Origin: Lama guanicoe
Taxonomy: Eukaryota
Reading direction: 5' to 3'
Assembly: GCA_013239625.1 (NCBI GenBank)
Contig: MU053652.1
Coordinates: 6,191,902 to 6,255,901, forward strand
Length of the DNA stretch: 64,000 nucleotides
In this document: positions 12,380 to 25,175 of the stretch, piece by piece
Layout of the letters: every line of letters starts with the position of its first letter
Position numbering within the stretch: position 1 is the first letter of the stretch
Position numbers and translations under genes: made by a program
Notes under the pieces: model-generated
Told to the model about the DNA's origin: nothing
Databases searched by the model: none
What the model saw: only the letters and a program-made list of their open reading frames with translations

Positions 12380-12910
12380 AACAGGGAAATGATACAATGT
12401 GAAGAACTCTGGTATGTGATCTTAAACAATGAACAGTGACACCGCCAAAAACTCACTCCTGGAGATCTCTGTAGACTACAATCAATCAAATCAATAGTTA
12501 ATCTTGTAAGGAACAAAAAGTAGCCACAAACCAAAAGTATCAATACAGGGAGTGAAGAAACCCGTGTTATACAATACAACCAATGAGTGTCAAGCTAAAT
12601 TATTGCTTACTCACGAGCAGTTTAAAAAAAAAAAATCACAAAGGGAAAACTAATGTTAGCTTGTGAAAAAAAAATGCTGTTGAAATAAACCATGTCTGAT
12701 GTTATTCTTGTAAGTATTTTTCTGTGATTGTGAGAACTCCCGTTCCCGTCCCACATTGTTCAACTTGTATAAGACAATGAATCTGTTTCTTGTAATGGCT
12801 GACCGGATTGAAGCCCTGGGTTGTGCTAAAAATAAATGCAATGGTTGACGCATGCGATTTTTTATACAAATAATTTATTTCTAATAATAAAGGAATGTTT
12901 TGCAAATGTT
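12380..12910 (+). other. GRM8: GRM8 3' UTR (end approximate)
   Basis: Follows the stop codon. AATAAA occurs at 12684, 12831 and 12886, with GT/T-rich sequence after about 12910. Confidence 0.8.
12886..12891 (+). terminator. Probable main polyadenylation signal AATAAA
   Basis: Hexamer with T-rich upstream sequence and downstream gttgtttcgtt and tgtgtttttg elements. Alternative hexamers at 12684-12689 and 12831-12836. Confidence 0.7.
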
Positions 12911-15900
12911 GAGAGTTGTTTCGTTCCAGTTTTAAAGCCAGGGACAACTCTTTCCAGTTGGCACTTCTGCTGTGATTTAACTCCTGCTGTAAAAGCCCTG
13001 GTGTGCCAAGAAAATACTGTTTCCTCGAGGAATGTGTTTTTGTACATTTGTGTGTTTGTGAAGAAGATTGTCTCTTATTCCTATATGAAAAAATTATTTG
13101 TGTAAGATTTTGTGACTATCCCAAGATTTATGTAGTAGCTTTTCATAGTAATTGCTTCTTTTATGAAGAATCAAGGCTTGAGGTAATCTGTTTCAGGTAT
13201 CATAATTAACAAATGATGAGTTAAACTTGACTTGGGAGACTATAATATGAAAATCACCATCTAAATGTATATCCAAGTGTCACTGAAATTCTCCATTTTC
13301 CAAGTCAAACTTTTGCATAATGAAATATTCCAAGGTATGTAATATTTTTTTTTCTCACCTGGGCCTATTATCCACTGAAGTCAGTGAAGTAATGGGCCTT
13401 TCCCAGTACATTCCTCAAAGCACAGAATTAGCATATTTATTCCCTCGGCATCACTAAAGAAACCACAGTTCAGATAATATGTCAATGCTTTCTTATTTTC
13501 CAAATGAAAACATTCATTGGTTCATAGAACAGCATCATTAAAAAGAGTGAAAACAGGAAGCCTGTGTCATGCTAATAAACCACGCTAGGATGGATAAAAG
13601 AGCCTGTTAAAGGCTTTCAAATCTGCTACCATTTTCATCATGGGCTTCTCTATTCCATACAATCCCAGACATCCATCAAGTCAATGGGTCCCTACAATCA
13701 TTTTGTTAGTAAATGTTCTCTCTGCTGAGTTAGCTTGGACGGCTCATTGCACTCCTTACAGATATAAAGAGCTATCTGTGCTCCGGAGCTTCAGCCCAGA
13801 TATTGACAGTCACTTTATTTAATAGGGAGAGTTGAAGTAGCATAGCTCAGGCTTCATCAACATACAGTAACATTTCCTAGACCCCTGCCCAGACAGAGAG
13901 CTGCACACAGAAGGAAATGTGTACTTACTGGCCTTTTGTTGAGTTTCTCCTAATAGTATTTGTGGTTTGTGGATAATATTTAAATTAAGAGTGAGAGTAT
14001 TGCTTTCAGTTTTCGGATAATCTGAATTACTGATAAATATAATCCTGTAATCAGGATCGTCACCCCACCTCTAGGTGTGCCTTTCTAGATAAGACCTAGC
14101 TTAAAACAAAACTAACTCGTAACTGCACATTTAGGATATTTGTTGTGCCACGTAGCTCAGTCCTAATAGCCATACCAAGAAAAGTAATTACAACTGTATT
14201 TTAATTTTTAAATTGACAGTTTCCTTCGTATTGGAGATTGTGAGTCATTTTAAAGATTTTTTTAAAAACTAGTGAGTATCCATGTTTGGTTGAGAAAAAT
14301 GCTTGAATTTTACGAGCCTTGCATTTCATACAGAGTAAAATTCAAGTAAACAGTCGTATTTCATTTACTAGTTGATTCTAGTCAGGGTAAGTGGATGCAA
14401 CAGGGTGATTATGAGAGCAAAGCTGGCTCTCAGGCCAAAGGAGGGTTATTGTTACTATTACTATGTTTCCTTCTAAGGCTTTAGGAAGAAAAATAAAATA
14501 CTAAGCAAAATTTGTGACATTTCGAAATTGTTCTTCCTATTGTAAGCTTACCAATCGGTTGTCTTTCCTAAGTACGTTCATAAATAATGGCCATTATTTG
14601 GTGTTCTACACAATTTATTTAGCTCATCATAGAGTTGAATAATAGTTCTCATAGATTTACATATGCCAATCATCCTTTATAACAGTATCTCAGTGGGAAA
14701 TTCTCTTCTTGATGAATCTATCACCCTCCCCAGGCAGTGGGAGGATAACCTCCCTCAACCTCTTACAGTAGGAGCCGGAACATTTTGACCTCCACTGTGT
14801 TTACTTTCTCAGGGATTTTGCTGAGGCCTCAGGAGATAGACATATAGGCTGGGACAATGTGGGGGGGCATCCTGTAAGAAGGATTCAGCATGTGCTGCTA
14901 GTGGTTCATAAGTCCCATGCTTTAAAACGAACTGCCTGTGTATTATAGATAAGCAAATGCAAAGTTGCATGGAAAAAATAGAGTATTATATTCTTTAGAA
15001 TCGACCTTGTGTTTTATTCCGGCCAAGAACTGTCACATCTAATCTCAGCATGCCAGAGGGAATGCTAAAAATGTAGCCTACAGTAATATTCAGCAAATGT
15101 CATTAGTAGACAATAAGCGATTTATTAGTGTGACCTTGAGCCAACCAAACTTGACCTCAATTTAAAAAAAAAAATTAGCTTATACTAGCTAACATTTAAA
15201 GGCATCTCAATCAATGGTAGTTGATCTGGCACAAACTGATTTTATTTTTAAGGAAAACTACTCATAAATTTAAACTGGAAGGATGACCATTGGAACATGA
15301 ATAGGAACTAAATGAATAACTTAATTTTTAGTGTTTGTCAGAAATTTTTACATAAAGTTTAGCATTTCAGATGAACAGGATTTTAATTTAAATACCATAT
15401 TACAGGAAATCTCACGAAGAATAAAAGTTTGTGTCATTTATATTCCCTTTCCCGTTAACTCTATATTCTTTATTATTTACCAATGACAGTGGAGAAAGAA
15501 TATTAACACTCTTCTAAATTATGTTAGCCAACACTAATATTCAGTCAGCAAGTAGAAGAAATGACATTCTTAAACTCCATTATGCACCCTTACCAATTTT
15601 TCTCATTTCATTTATTTAATTTCCTTATCAGTATTTCATCCATCTTTTAGAACAAAATTGCTAAAAATAACAATAAGTTTTCATGAAAGGATGAATAAGA
15701 AATAAAACCAAATTATAGAATATTTTAATTACATGTAAAATAATCTATAGGAATGCTTCTTTTTTGCCTATATTACAGTTTTCCTTTAATGGAGATATGA
15801 ATAATGAAGAAACATTTGACCATAGCTAGAAGAAAACATTTCCTTAAGAAATGATGTCCAAAAATGTTCAGAAACTTGCTGACAGTCTTGGAAAGTGTCA

Positions 15901-18034
15901 TATTATAGTAGCAAAAAGCAGAGCAGTTGTTTAAAAAAAAAAGCCTTGTTTATGACTGTTCTATTTTACTGTTTTCTTTACAAATTTTTTCATGTAGCAT
16001 AACCTTTAATGATGTTATGACTTTTGGGTGCCATTATTTTTTAACTTTACCCTTCATGGGACATACTGAGTATTTTTCACTCTGTTGAATTTAGTGTATT
16101 ATAAATGTAAAGCCTTGTATTTTGACTTACAAATCTACTTTCAGAGTGATGAGGATAGAAAAAAAATAGAAATCTGACCTGTTAAATATTTATTTTTCTA
16201 ATTGTCTAATGCCTAACTAAGTAGTTTAGGCAAAGCTAATTTTGACAAATAACTTGTTACAAAGTCATGAAGGCCAAGCATGGATTGGGACCTATTAAAA
16301 GAAAAGAATTGGCTATGTCATGACTTGGATGGGAGGCAGGGGTGATGTGGTTATAGAAAACAGGAAAGACAAATGATCAATGTGATGTATCAGATTTTGA
16401 AGTTAGCATATGAAATTATTTACCAATGTACTAAGTCCCATTAGGTAAGTTCACTGGAGCATAGGATGATCTTGAGAGCTAATAAAAATTGTCAGACTAT
16501 TAATTATGAAGTATAATTCTGAAAGAATTAAAAATATAACTTTCATACAGAAGTAAAATGACCAAGTCAAGGATTTTATTCAACTTATTTACTAATGAGA
16601 GAACCAGTAAGATGTTAGAACTAGTACAAAGAGCATTTGAGAAGTTGATATATATATACTTAATACATGTAAATATTGGGGTAAATCAGAGGAGTAGCTA
16701 TAAAACTAGTTTAGTGTCTTAAGACATAATAAACCATAAACTGAGAGGTTATCTCTTCATTGGACAGACATTATTTGAATCTACTGGATAAAAGTTGACA
16801 AATTAACCCCTGCATCTACAGAGCTATAAAATAGCCATGTTGACAGAAATTCAAATGTAGTACTGGACTAAGATGAATCACCATTACTATCTTTTGCCTA
16901 TTTCCAGGTTTTGGATAATTTTTGTAAGTTATATTTTGTTTGATTTCCCCTTATTTCAAGCATTGCATTGGCAGTATCTGGACAATAAGCATCAGAAACA
17001 TACTTAATATCATAGTAAGACAATCCAAGTTAGTAATGGAAGGGTCCTGTTTTAATTATTCTCCCCTATCTTTACTCTTTACTATGTGTGCAATTCAGAA
17101 GCTGGATTGAATAAGATGATATGGACAATAAGGACGATAACTGTGAATGAATGTATAGCTGCCTTCAGCTAACAGTTCCCTGTCTGGCAGTTCCACAAAT
17201 AATCTGTGAAAGTATGACTTCTTCCTTTTGTTCCCTAAGTATTGTCTTCTCTAGGAGGTATTTCTTCTCCCTTTTTGTAGTATATTACTCTAAAAGGGCA
17301 AATTAGCTTTCCAGGTATCCTCAAAGATGTCCAGCCTCGGATCATTTACCCCATCTCCATGCACACCTTCTGTTTGTCATTGGCCCATCCCAACAGGTCT
17401 TTTCTCAGATTCTGCCACTGGCATCTTCTGGGCAAGAGAAGCAAGAATGAAAGAGCAGGAGTTGGCAAGGGGAAAGGTATGATGAATAGAACTCCAGTTT
17501 TCCACAAATATTCTAGAATAAACAAACCCCCATCCACCTCTTACTTCCCACTTGAGGCTCTGCAGAGCAGGTTAACGGTGAGTGTAGGGCCATGGCACAC
17601 TCTTTGTATGTGGAACCAATATTCTGAATGGAGTCCTAGAGCACTGGTGCTCAATGAGAATCTTTACTAATCTCCTGGACCAAGGAAGGAAAAGCAATCT
17701 TAGGAAGGAGAATTATAAAATAGATGAAATGTGGCTTACTGAGTTTTTTTTTTCCCTCATAATGTTCTTGAACTTCTTCAAGATGGCATCCAGTTGGCCA
17801 ATAGCCTCTACATACGTTCTAGGTACTCGGAGATCCACTTTTCCCATTCTTCTATGTTTGGACCCACTAATACTTTGCTGTGCTCCAATGCCTCAATCCT
17901 AAATTACTTTTCTGTGTCAAAGTTGTCCCCACCCACAACACATAGATATCAAATAGGCATATCAAAGGCCTCTAGAGAAGCTACTACAGCTGGATTTTAA
18001 GTTATAAAATATATATTTAAGATAGTTGAACCAC

Positions 18035-18930
18035 TCACTTTATTTAGAATCTATTTATGGAGGACCTGCAATGCAGCAGATGTTGTAGGTGCTGAGAATA
18101 TAACAGCAGACAAAAACAAAGACAAAAACAAAACACCAACCCCGGTCCCCAAGGCATTTATATTTCTGTAGAAGAGATAAGTAATAAACAACATAAATGT
18201 ATAAATGCAGGGTTTGTAAGATAGTGATAAATACTGATGAGAAAAAAATCGGAAAATGGATGGGAAATAGGTTAAGAAGTAACATTTCTAAAGTAGAGTA
18301 CAGGGTGGAAATCTTCAGTAGGATTGCTAGGGAAGATGACATTTGATCCGAAGCCTGAAGAAAAGGAGGGACTGATGTACACAGTGACCTGGGGAAGAGA
18401 ATTCTAAGGCAGAGGGACAGCAAGGAAATTGGTGCCAAGGCGGGAGCATATCTAGAGCAGGATATGGTAAAGGGGTGGCGTGGAGTGGGGGTGCTAGACC
18501 TTGAAGAGCCTTGTAGGTCATTGAAAGAACTGGAACTTTTACCCTGGCTACTGGGAGACCATCACAGGGTCTTGAGAAAAGGAGTGACATAATGCGTCTT
18601 AATTTTAACTGAGTCTTTCTGATTGCTGTAGTGATATGAGATTGACTAGCTTCAGGGAGGCAATGGCAGAAACACAGACACTGGTGAGCGATTCTTGGAT
18701 GATCCAGAGTAGACATGATCATGGATTGGCCTGACTAAAGCAGTGGAGGTGATGAAAGGTGGTTGGTTAAAGTCTATATATTTGAACGGAAAAGAATATT
18801 CCTAATTTGCTGATGCATTAGATGTGGTTGAGAGAAAAGGATGATTCCAAGGCTTTTGACTTAAGTAACTTGAAAGGACTGTGTTACTATTTATGGAGAT
18901 GAGGAGACTGTGGAAAGAGTGAATTGAAGG
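18035..18930 (-). mobile_element. L2 LINE fragment
   Basis: Diagnostic purine-rich reverse L2 text: gatgacatttgatccgaagcctgaag, gggaagagaattctaaggcagaggg, agccttgtaggtcattg, aggagtgacataat, atgattccaaggcttttgactt. Confidence 0.88.
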
Positions 18931-19844
18931 AAGTGTAATTCATACTAATGCATGAATGTCCAATATTTCTTCCCACTCGGGTTCCTTGATTTGCATTTTT
19001 AAAGATGCGTTGATCATCAACTAGAATAACTTTAGAAATCCTGGGATAAATCTGGGGATAGGAAATATTCTGAGAACAAGCATTTGTTCCCTCCCAGATA
19101 TTTTCGGCAAGATATCAGATCATCTCCTGATGTCACCAAATCCTTCTCTCTTCTCTCACCTCCCTCTTCCAGGCTAAACCCTGAGTGGAATTGTTTTTCT
19201 TCCTGGCTTCTCTCCACAGCACTTATCTACCTCCTGACGCCTACCCTGCAAGCTCTTTTGTGGTATTTTACATTGTGTTTGGTTATTGTTGTAGTTGTTG
19301 TATTGTGTTGTTGTTTCTCCAGGAATGGCCTGTGAGACTTTGGATCAACTTTAATCTCTCAATTTCTGTTCCTTTGGTTTCTGAGTTATTTTAAAGTGAA
19401 TGAGGCTCCTCAAAATCTACCCCAGGACTATTATTTTTACCGCCATTCTCTTATCTCAATCAAGACTCTCTCTTTGTCCAAGAAGGTCAGCTGCCTCCTT
19501 AAGAAGCATCCCTATCTGCCTGAAATAGAGAATAGGTAAATAAGGGGGATGTTGCCTGAGGTTATAATAACTATTAAGGGGCGACATGAGTATACTGCTT
19601 TAGTTACGTTTTCTTCTAGTATACAAACTCCCTATTTCTCAAGGGCTTGCCTTTAAAAAAATTTGATTATTTAATTCATTCAATCATTCACTTTTTCTTT
19701 CAGTAAGAACAATGTGAAAATCAAATATTAATTCTTGTGTGGAGATGCAAAGAGCTTACGAGCTGGGAGTGACGGTAAGACACCTAATAATGATAACAAA
19801 TACAAGAATTATAATAAATTGTAATTGCTATGATTATGACGCTA

Positions 19845-20030
19845 TGTCAGACAGCTTTCTGTGTGCTGTACTGGGGTAAGTCTTGCAACAGCCCTGTAGG
19901 GTAGGTACTATTATTACTCCTGTTTGTAGATGATGACATGGAGAGAACGACTGATCAGCTAACTTGCGGAAGATCATGTATCACATAGGTGTGGAGCTTG
20001 TACAGAGCTGTGTATTGGTCAGAATGCGTC
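19845..20030 (-). mobile_element. MIR SINE
   Basis: caacagccctgtagggtaggtactattattactcctgtttgtagatgatgac matches the reverse MIR core. Confidence 0.75.
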
Positions 20031-21132
20031 ACCTGAGAGTCAGGACACAACCCTACAGGGGTCAGCTGGGAATATTAGACACAAGTCTACTCCTGTTGCT
20101 GGACTCCTTTGATTTGGCTTCTGATATTAGCATGCTATGCATTATGACCTGTTCTAGGAGAGCTATCTAACCTGCCTAACTTTAGGAAAGACATTTTGAT
20201 GAGGGCTATCAAAATATCTTTGGGTAAATTCAAATTAGTGTCAACTTTTTTTTATTTGCTTGAAAGTTTAAATTTTTATTCTGAGTTGCCTCTAATGTGC
20301 AGTTTTTAAAGTTATCGGTGTACATCATAGGACCAGACACAGAACGTGTGCCTTTTCCTTCATGGTTCGTGGTTTGTTCTATCTCATTTAAAATGTCTCA
20401 GATGCTACGAAAGAAATAAAATGAAAAGACCACTTGAGGGACTTACTTACAACTTACTGATAAGTTCACACAAATCAACTTAGTTTTATACTTTGCTATA
20501 TTATTTAGAAGTTCACTCAAATCATTTATAAATGTGTTCTCACACTTTTAAGGATGGCAAGCCATGATTGATTCTTTCATGTGCAAGCAGTTTCTTAAGT
20601 TAACTACCGCATGATCTCCTTTCTAAGATACAGACATTAGTGTCATAACATCTTACAGGCAGGAAGATCAAAGCTGAAATTATTGAAGTTCGGTGTCAAA
20701 TCACCCATCACTCACTGAGCCAAGAATTGAACGTACAATCCACAATGCTGGGCTAACACCCCTCAGACCAAATGAGCTCAGCCATCATCCTTCTGTCCTG
20801 AGCAGTTATTAATCTAATGGCTATTTACTGGGCCCACAACCTTAGCATTGCCATGAGCAGAAGCTGTCTACGTTTGTGAAGTCTATTACAGTGGGAACTC
20901 TTCGCAGGGCAAAAAGGGAGAATTGGCAGAGAACTTGCTGCATTTTTACTGGCTGGTCCGATCTTCTAGGTCAGAGGAGAGAGGGAAAGTGCTTGGATAG
21001 TCAGTTGAGAAGCACTTTTATTAGCGCTCTACTGGGTCCAGTGTGCAATTTAAGAAAAAGATTTTCAAAGTGTTTCAAAGTTGTAATAGTCTGAGTCTTA
21101 CCCAGTCCTCCCCTGCCTCCCCGCTGAACCAA

Positions 21133-21159
21133 CACACACACACAAACACACACATACAC
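21133..21159. repeat. Imperfect (CA)n microsatellite
   Basis: cacacacacacaaacacacacatacac. Confidence 0.8.
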
Positions 21160-22642
21160 TCTTCAACATTTGTGATGCTTTTTAAGAAATGAAAACTAGA
21201 CCGTTTGTGTTATGTAAAATGGAAATTTCAAATTCAAAAATTGTTATATCTATTCATGCATTGTAACGGGGGTTTGAGAACATGTGCCTTCTAGCAACAG
21301 GGACCTGAGATCTGAAATAGATCTTTAATAGGGCCCCAGGGCTGCGGGACAGGCACAATAGTGGCTTTATGGGGTAGGTCAGTGACCCAGAACACAGAAG
21401 GGTTGCTGTGATTGGCCGTAACTGTTATGAAGAAGCTTTAATGGCCTACTGTAACAAAACCCTCACTTTTCAGAAAGTACCTAAATACCAATTTACACAG
21501 TAGGGACTTTTAACTAACAGTGACGGCTGTCCCCCACCGAGGAGGTATTTCTTTACTAGCAACCAGTAAGAGAAGAATTTGGTTGCTTCAACACATTTAA
21601 TTTCTAAGCGTATTGACTACATAGTATTCAAATATAATTATCATATTTATGGGTCTCATTCTGCCTACAGCATATAAAAGTGGCATATTTAATATGAATA
21701 ATAAAGAGAAAATGTCTTCTTAGTCTATTCCTTATTGCTGTCAGCTTTAGAAATTCACAAGTGTGTTAAAACATATTTTAACTCAGTTTTCACCATTAAT
21801 ACATAATGATTCCGTCTTTCAATCATTGTATGTTCTGAGGCTAGCGTTACAATCCAGGATGAAAAGACTCATGCTGAATTAAGCTAAATAAATATTTAAA
21901 ATCACGTTGAATATGCAGAAATGACAAAATTCAGCCATGCTATGGAATCGAAATACTTAATGGAGATATTCTGTTGAGAGGTTGTGCACAGGTCACTAAC
22001 ACAGCTACATGATGGCTAAAAAAAAAAAAATCTTCAACTTTTTGATGGCTGGATAAAATTTATTTATTATTGTACAAACTACAGACTGTTTTTAATGTTA
22101 AATTTAGCAGTGACTTTTCAGAGTATGTTCTAAAATTGTGTAGTTTTAAGGCTTAATTTAAATATTATGAAGATTTAAATATTATGGTTCCTCCACCTAC
22201 TAAGCTAATTGGCATCATATTTTGAAGCATAAAATATGAAAAAAAAAGAGTGTACACTGTAGATCAGTAAATGGGGATAATGTTCTAAATTAAAATATGT
22301 GAAGCCTGTATAAATATATGTGGGCAAGTCATTTTACAAGATAGGCAAGAAGCAAACAGGGAGCTAAGTCTTCGTGTTTCTACCACACACGTATACTACC
22401 ATTTCACCATGCTCATTATCATAGAGGGGCCGTTTAAGAGTTAGGCTTTTAAAAATAATCTACAAATCTGTGAGTCTAAAATTAATTTAAAATAAAAGTT
22501 TTTTTTTTAATATCCATCAATCTGCCTCGCCTTTCTTCTCTCCCTAGCACCCACTCCCCCCAGAAATTTACTTTGAGGGTAAAGCATAACAGTTATTTTG
22601 GAAACCAACCAAAATGGCAATTCTTTCAGAATGATTTTCATC

Positions 22643-22822
22643 CAGTGTTTCTTCGAGAGTGGGCTGAACACCACTCGCATCAGGGTCAGTAGGGATGTGG
22701 TTTAAAATGTGGTTTATGAAGCCCTGCTAAAGACCTACAGAATTAGGATTTCAAGGTGTGGGTCTTGAGAACCTACATCTTTAAATGAGTACTTGCGCTC
22801 CGCAAGTTTGGGAACTGCACTG
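22643..22822. mobile_element. MER5-like hAT-Charlie MITE
   Basis: cagtgtttctt...tttaaaatgtgg...agacctacagaattaggattt...aagtttgggaactgcactg with MER5 layout and degenerate terminal inverted repeats. Confidence 0.7.
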
Positions 22823-23789
22823 GAAGAATGAGTTGGAGAAATTTTCTCCCATAAATGGTCCATGATACACAGTGCATTTCAGATAGTTTTTCTTGTCAAA
22901 GTTTTACTATTTTTTAGTCCTAATTCTATAGATTCTTTGTACCATAATATAATTACTTATAAGTATATGAAGGTTTTAACTGACTTAAGGTATAGTAGAG
23001 GGTTTTAAATGGCCAAGACCACATATAGTTCCTGTATAATATGAAGAATCTATCGTGGCTTTTTCTTTGATCTAAATGAAAAGTTTTTAACACAACTTTC
23101 TCTAATTAATAAATCCAAGGGCCAATCATACGTACTTCTCAGTCTGGTAAACTAAAGAAGACTTTCCTTTGGTCTTACTCGACCTGCCTCCCCCTCCCCC
23201 ACTGAATTGCATTTAAGCATGCACATGGATGGTAGGGTCATCCTTCCACCAATGTTTTGGTCTTGTACCTCAAGCAAGGAGTTAAAATTAAATAGATATA
23301 ATTTATCATGTCCTAGGTTCCTAGGGAGTAAATACGGCATGCAAAATCTGTTCAATTTAACTATTGGCTATAACAGTAATAGTGAGTCTACTTTGTGGAA
23401 ATTACTACCTATTCTTGAAAAATTCTAAAAATGTCATCTATCTTATTGATCCACATTGCTGCCTCGTGTTCTCAAACTTGTTTTTTTTTTTTAACGGTCT
23501 ATGGAATGCATTTTTGCCCAAATAAAAAAAGCTCATGTATTCATGATGTGCTTTTTCCAGCACCTTGCCTCTCTGTGACACAGGATGAAGGCTATTTAAA
23601 CAAAAGAAGCTCCCTCTATTCAGAAGAATTAAAATCCTAAAACTCTCTTAAAGAAGGACCTCTTTTTCAGTTGACCAGCTGGATAATGGTGTGTTATTTG
23701 GTATACCACTGACTTTCTTTTCTCAAAAAATGCTAACAGTTGTCTTTTCATTTAGGTGTGTGACATGCAATAACTCACTCTCTGCAGAC

Positions 23790-24180
23790 AATGGAATCTC
23801 ACTCAGCATTAAAATCAGCATAGTGTTCAGAATATGAGAAGAGTTTGTCACATCCCATACTAATGAGACCAAACCTATAGGTTACATTTGGGGCCACAGT
23901 TTAAGAGAAATAGTAACAAACTAGAGTACAATTAAATGAACGTGAATTGAAATCATGATACTGTCGGTTTTTTTGAAAAAGAGAAAGAAAAGAACTTTGC
24001 ACGTTACATTAGAAGAGAAGACTTAAGTAAAGAGAAAAAGCAACCTAACTGACTCCAGATTCATGAGCTGTCCTTAGAAAAAGGATCAAATTTAGTCAAA
24101 TTATCAAGGCAGATTTAAACAAGGTTTCAGATGCAAGCTATGTGACCATCTCTAAGACATTCTGTGCAGAAGTTTCTTGC
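23790..24180 (+). mobile_element. CR1/L3 LINE fragment (ancient)
   Basis: tgagaccaaacctatagg...tttgggccacagtttaagagaaatagtaacaaactagagtac...ttagaagagaaagacttaag resembles the CR1 3' region. Confidence 0.55.
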
Positions 24181-24999
24181 TTTAAATATTAAGGTATGAA
24201 TGAGACAATCCCTTAGATTACTCCAGCAATTCTGGGCTGAGTACCTGCAACATGCCAGTCATCATGCCAAGGGCTGCAAAGAACACAGAGAAATAAAGAA
24301 ACCATGTGGTCTCAACTGTGACGGATGTTAGCGGAAAAGCTAAGAACCCCTAAGGAGTTTCAAAGTTGGGAAATACGTCATCTCTAAGAATCTGTGATTT
24401 GTGAATGCCTTTTGAGATTTATCACACAGGGTTTAACATGGCATTGAGTAAGATAAAACAAGGATTCAAAATTGGTCAATGCTAAATAACCTGGAACCAA
24501 ATCATCTCAGATAGCAGAGAAGTCCCCTATGACTCTAGCAAATTTACCTTGACCACAGAGGCTGGCACTGCTGACTGTGGGCAACAGTGGGTGTTTCTGA
24601 AAAACAATGAAAGATTATCTGCTCAGGATGAGTAATCTTATATCCACCTCAAGTAGGTCTCCTTCAGGCATATGTGTGTGTAACTCACTGATAAATAAAA
24701 ACAAACAATGTGAAAATGCAAACATGGGCATGTTAGAACTTATTGAAAAGTCTCATTGATCTGTCTTTTAACAGCGAACTGTATAAATTCCCTTAAACAG
24801 TTTTCCGACACTCAGCCTAATATGAATGTCAGGTTTCTGAAAAGGAGAGCATTTAAACGGTTTGCCTTTGTTTTGTTTTGTTCTCTTTCCATTTCTTTAA
24901 GTCCATGGCTGTCATTTCTGTACAAAGTGTCATAAATGTTTTTGAACATTGTCATGTGGCCCTTTTTTTTTTTTTTTGTCACGATGGATAGCACTACCC

Positions 25000-25175
25000 A
25001 TGGCAACTCAAGAAAGGAGACAGAAGTCTGACCTCAGCCCCCCTCTCCTGCCCTCAGGTCTCCTACAGATGCATCCCACTGGCGAAACCCAAAAGAGTGC
25101 CAGGCTGGCTTCCATGCGGTGTAGCCTACCGGGGGCGGGACAGAGTATACAGAGTTCCTAGGGAGGCAAATTGAA
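25000..25175. mobile_element. ERVL LTR fragment (LTR33-like)
   Basis: ctctcctgccctcaggtctcctacagatgcatcccactggcgaaacccaa...gccag...gggaggcaaattgaa resembles LTR33 text as I recall it. Confidence 0.5.

Noticed and set aside
16550..17030. Segment that reads like an ancient interspersed repeat
   Set aside because: I could not assign a family or boundaries with any confidence.
18055..18722. Overlapping 127-aa and 131-aa ORFs on the - strand
   Set aside because: They lie inside a degraded L2 and are repeat-derived.
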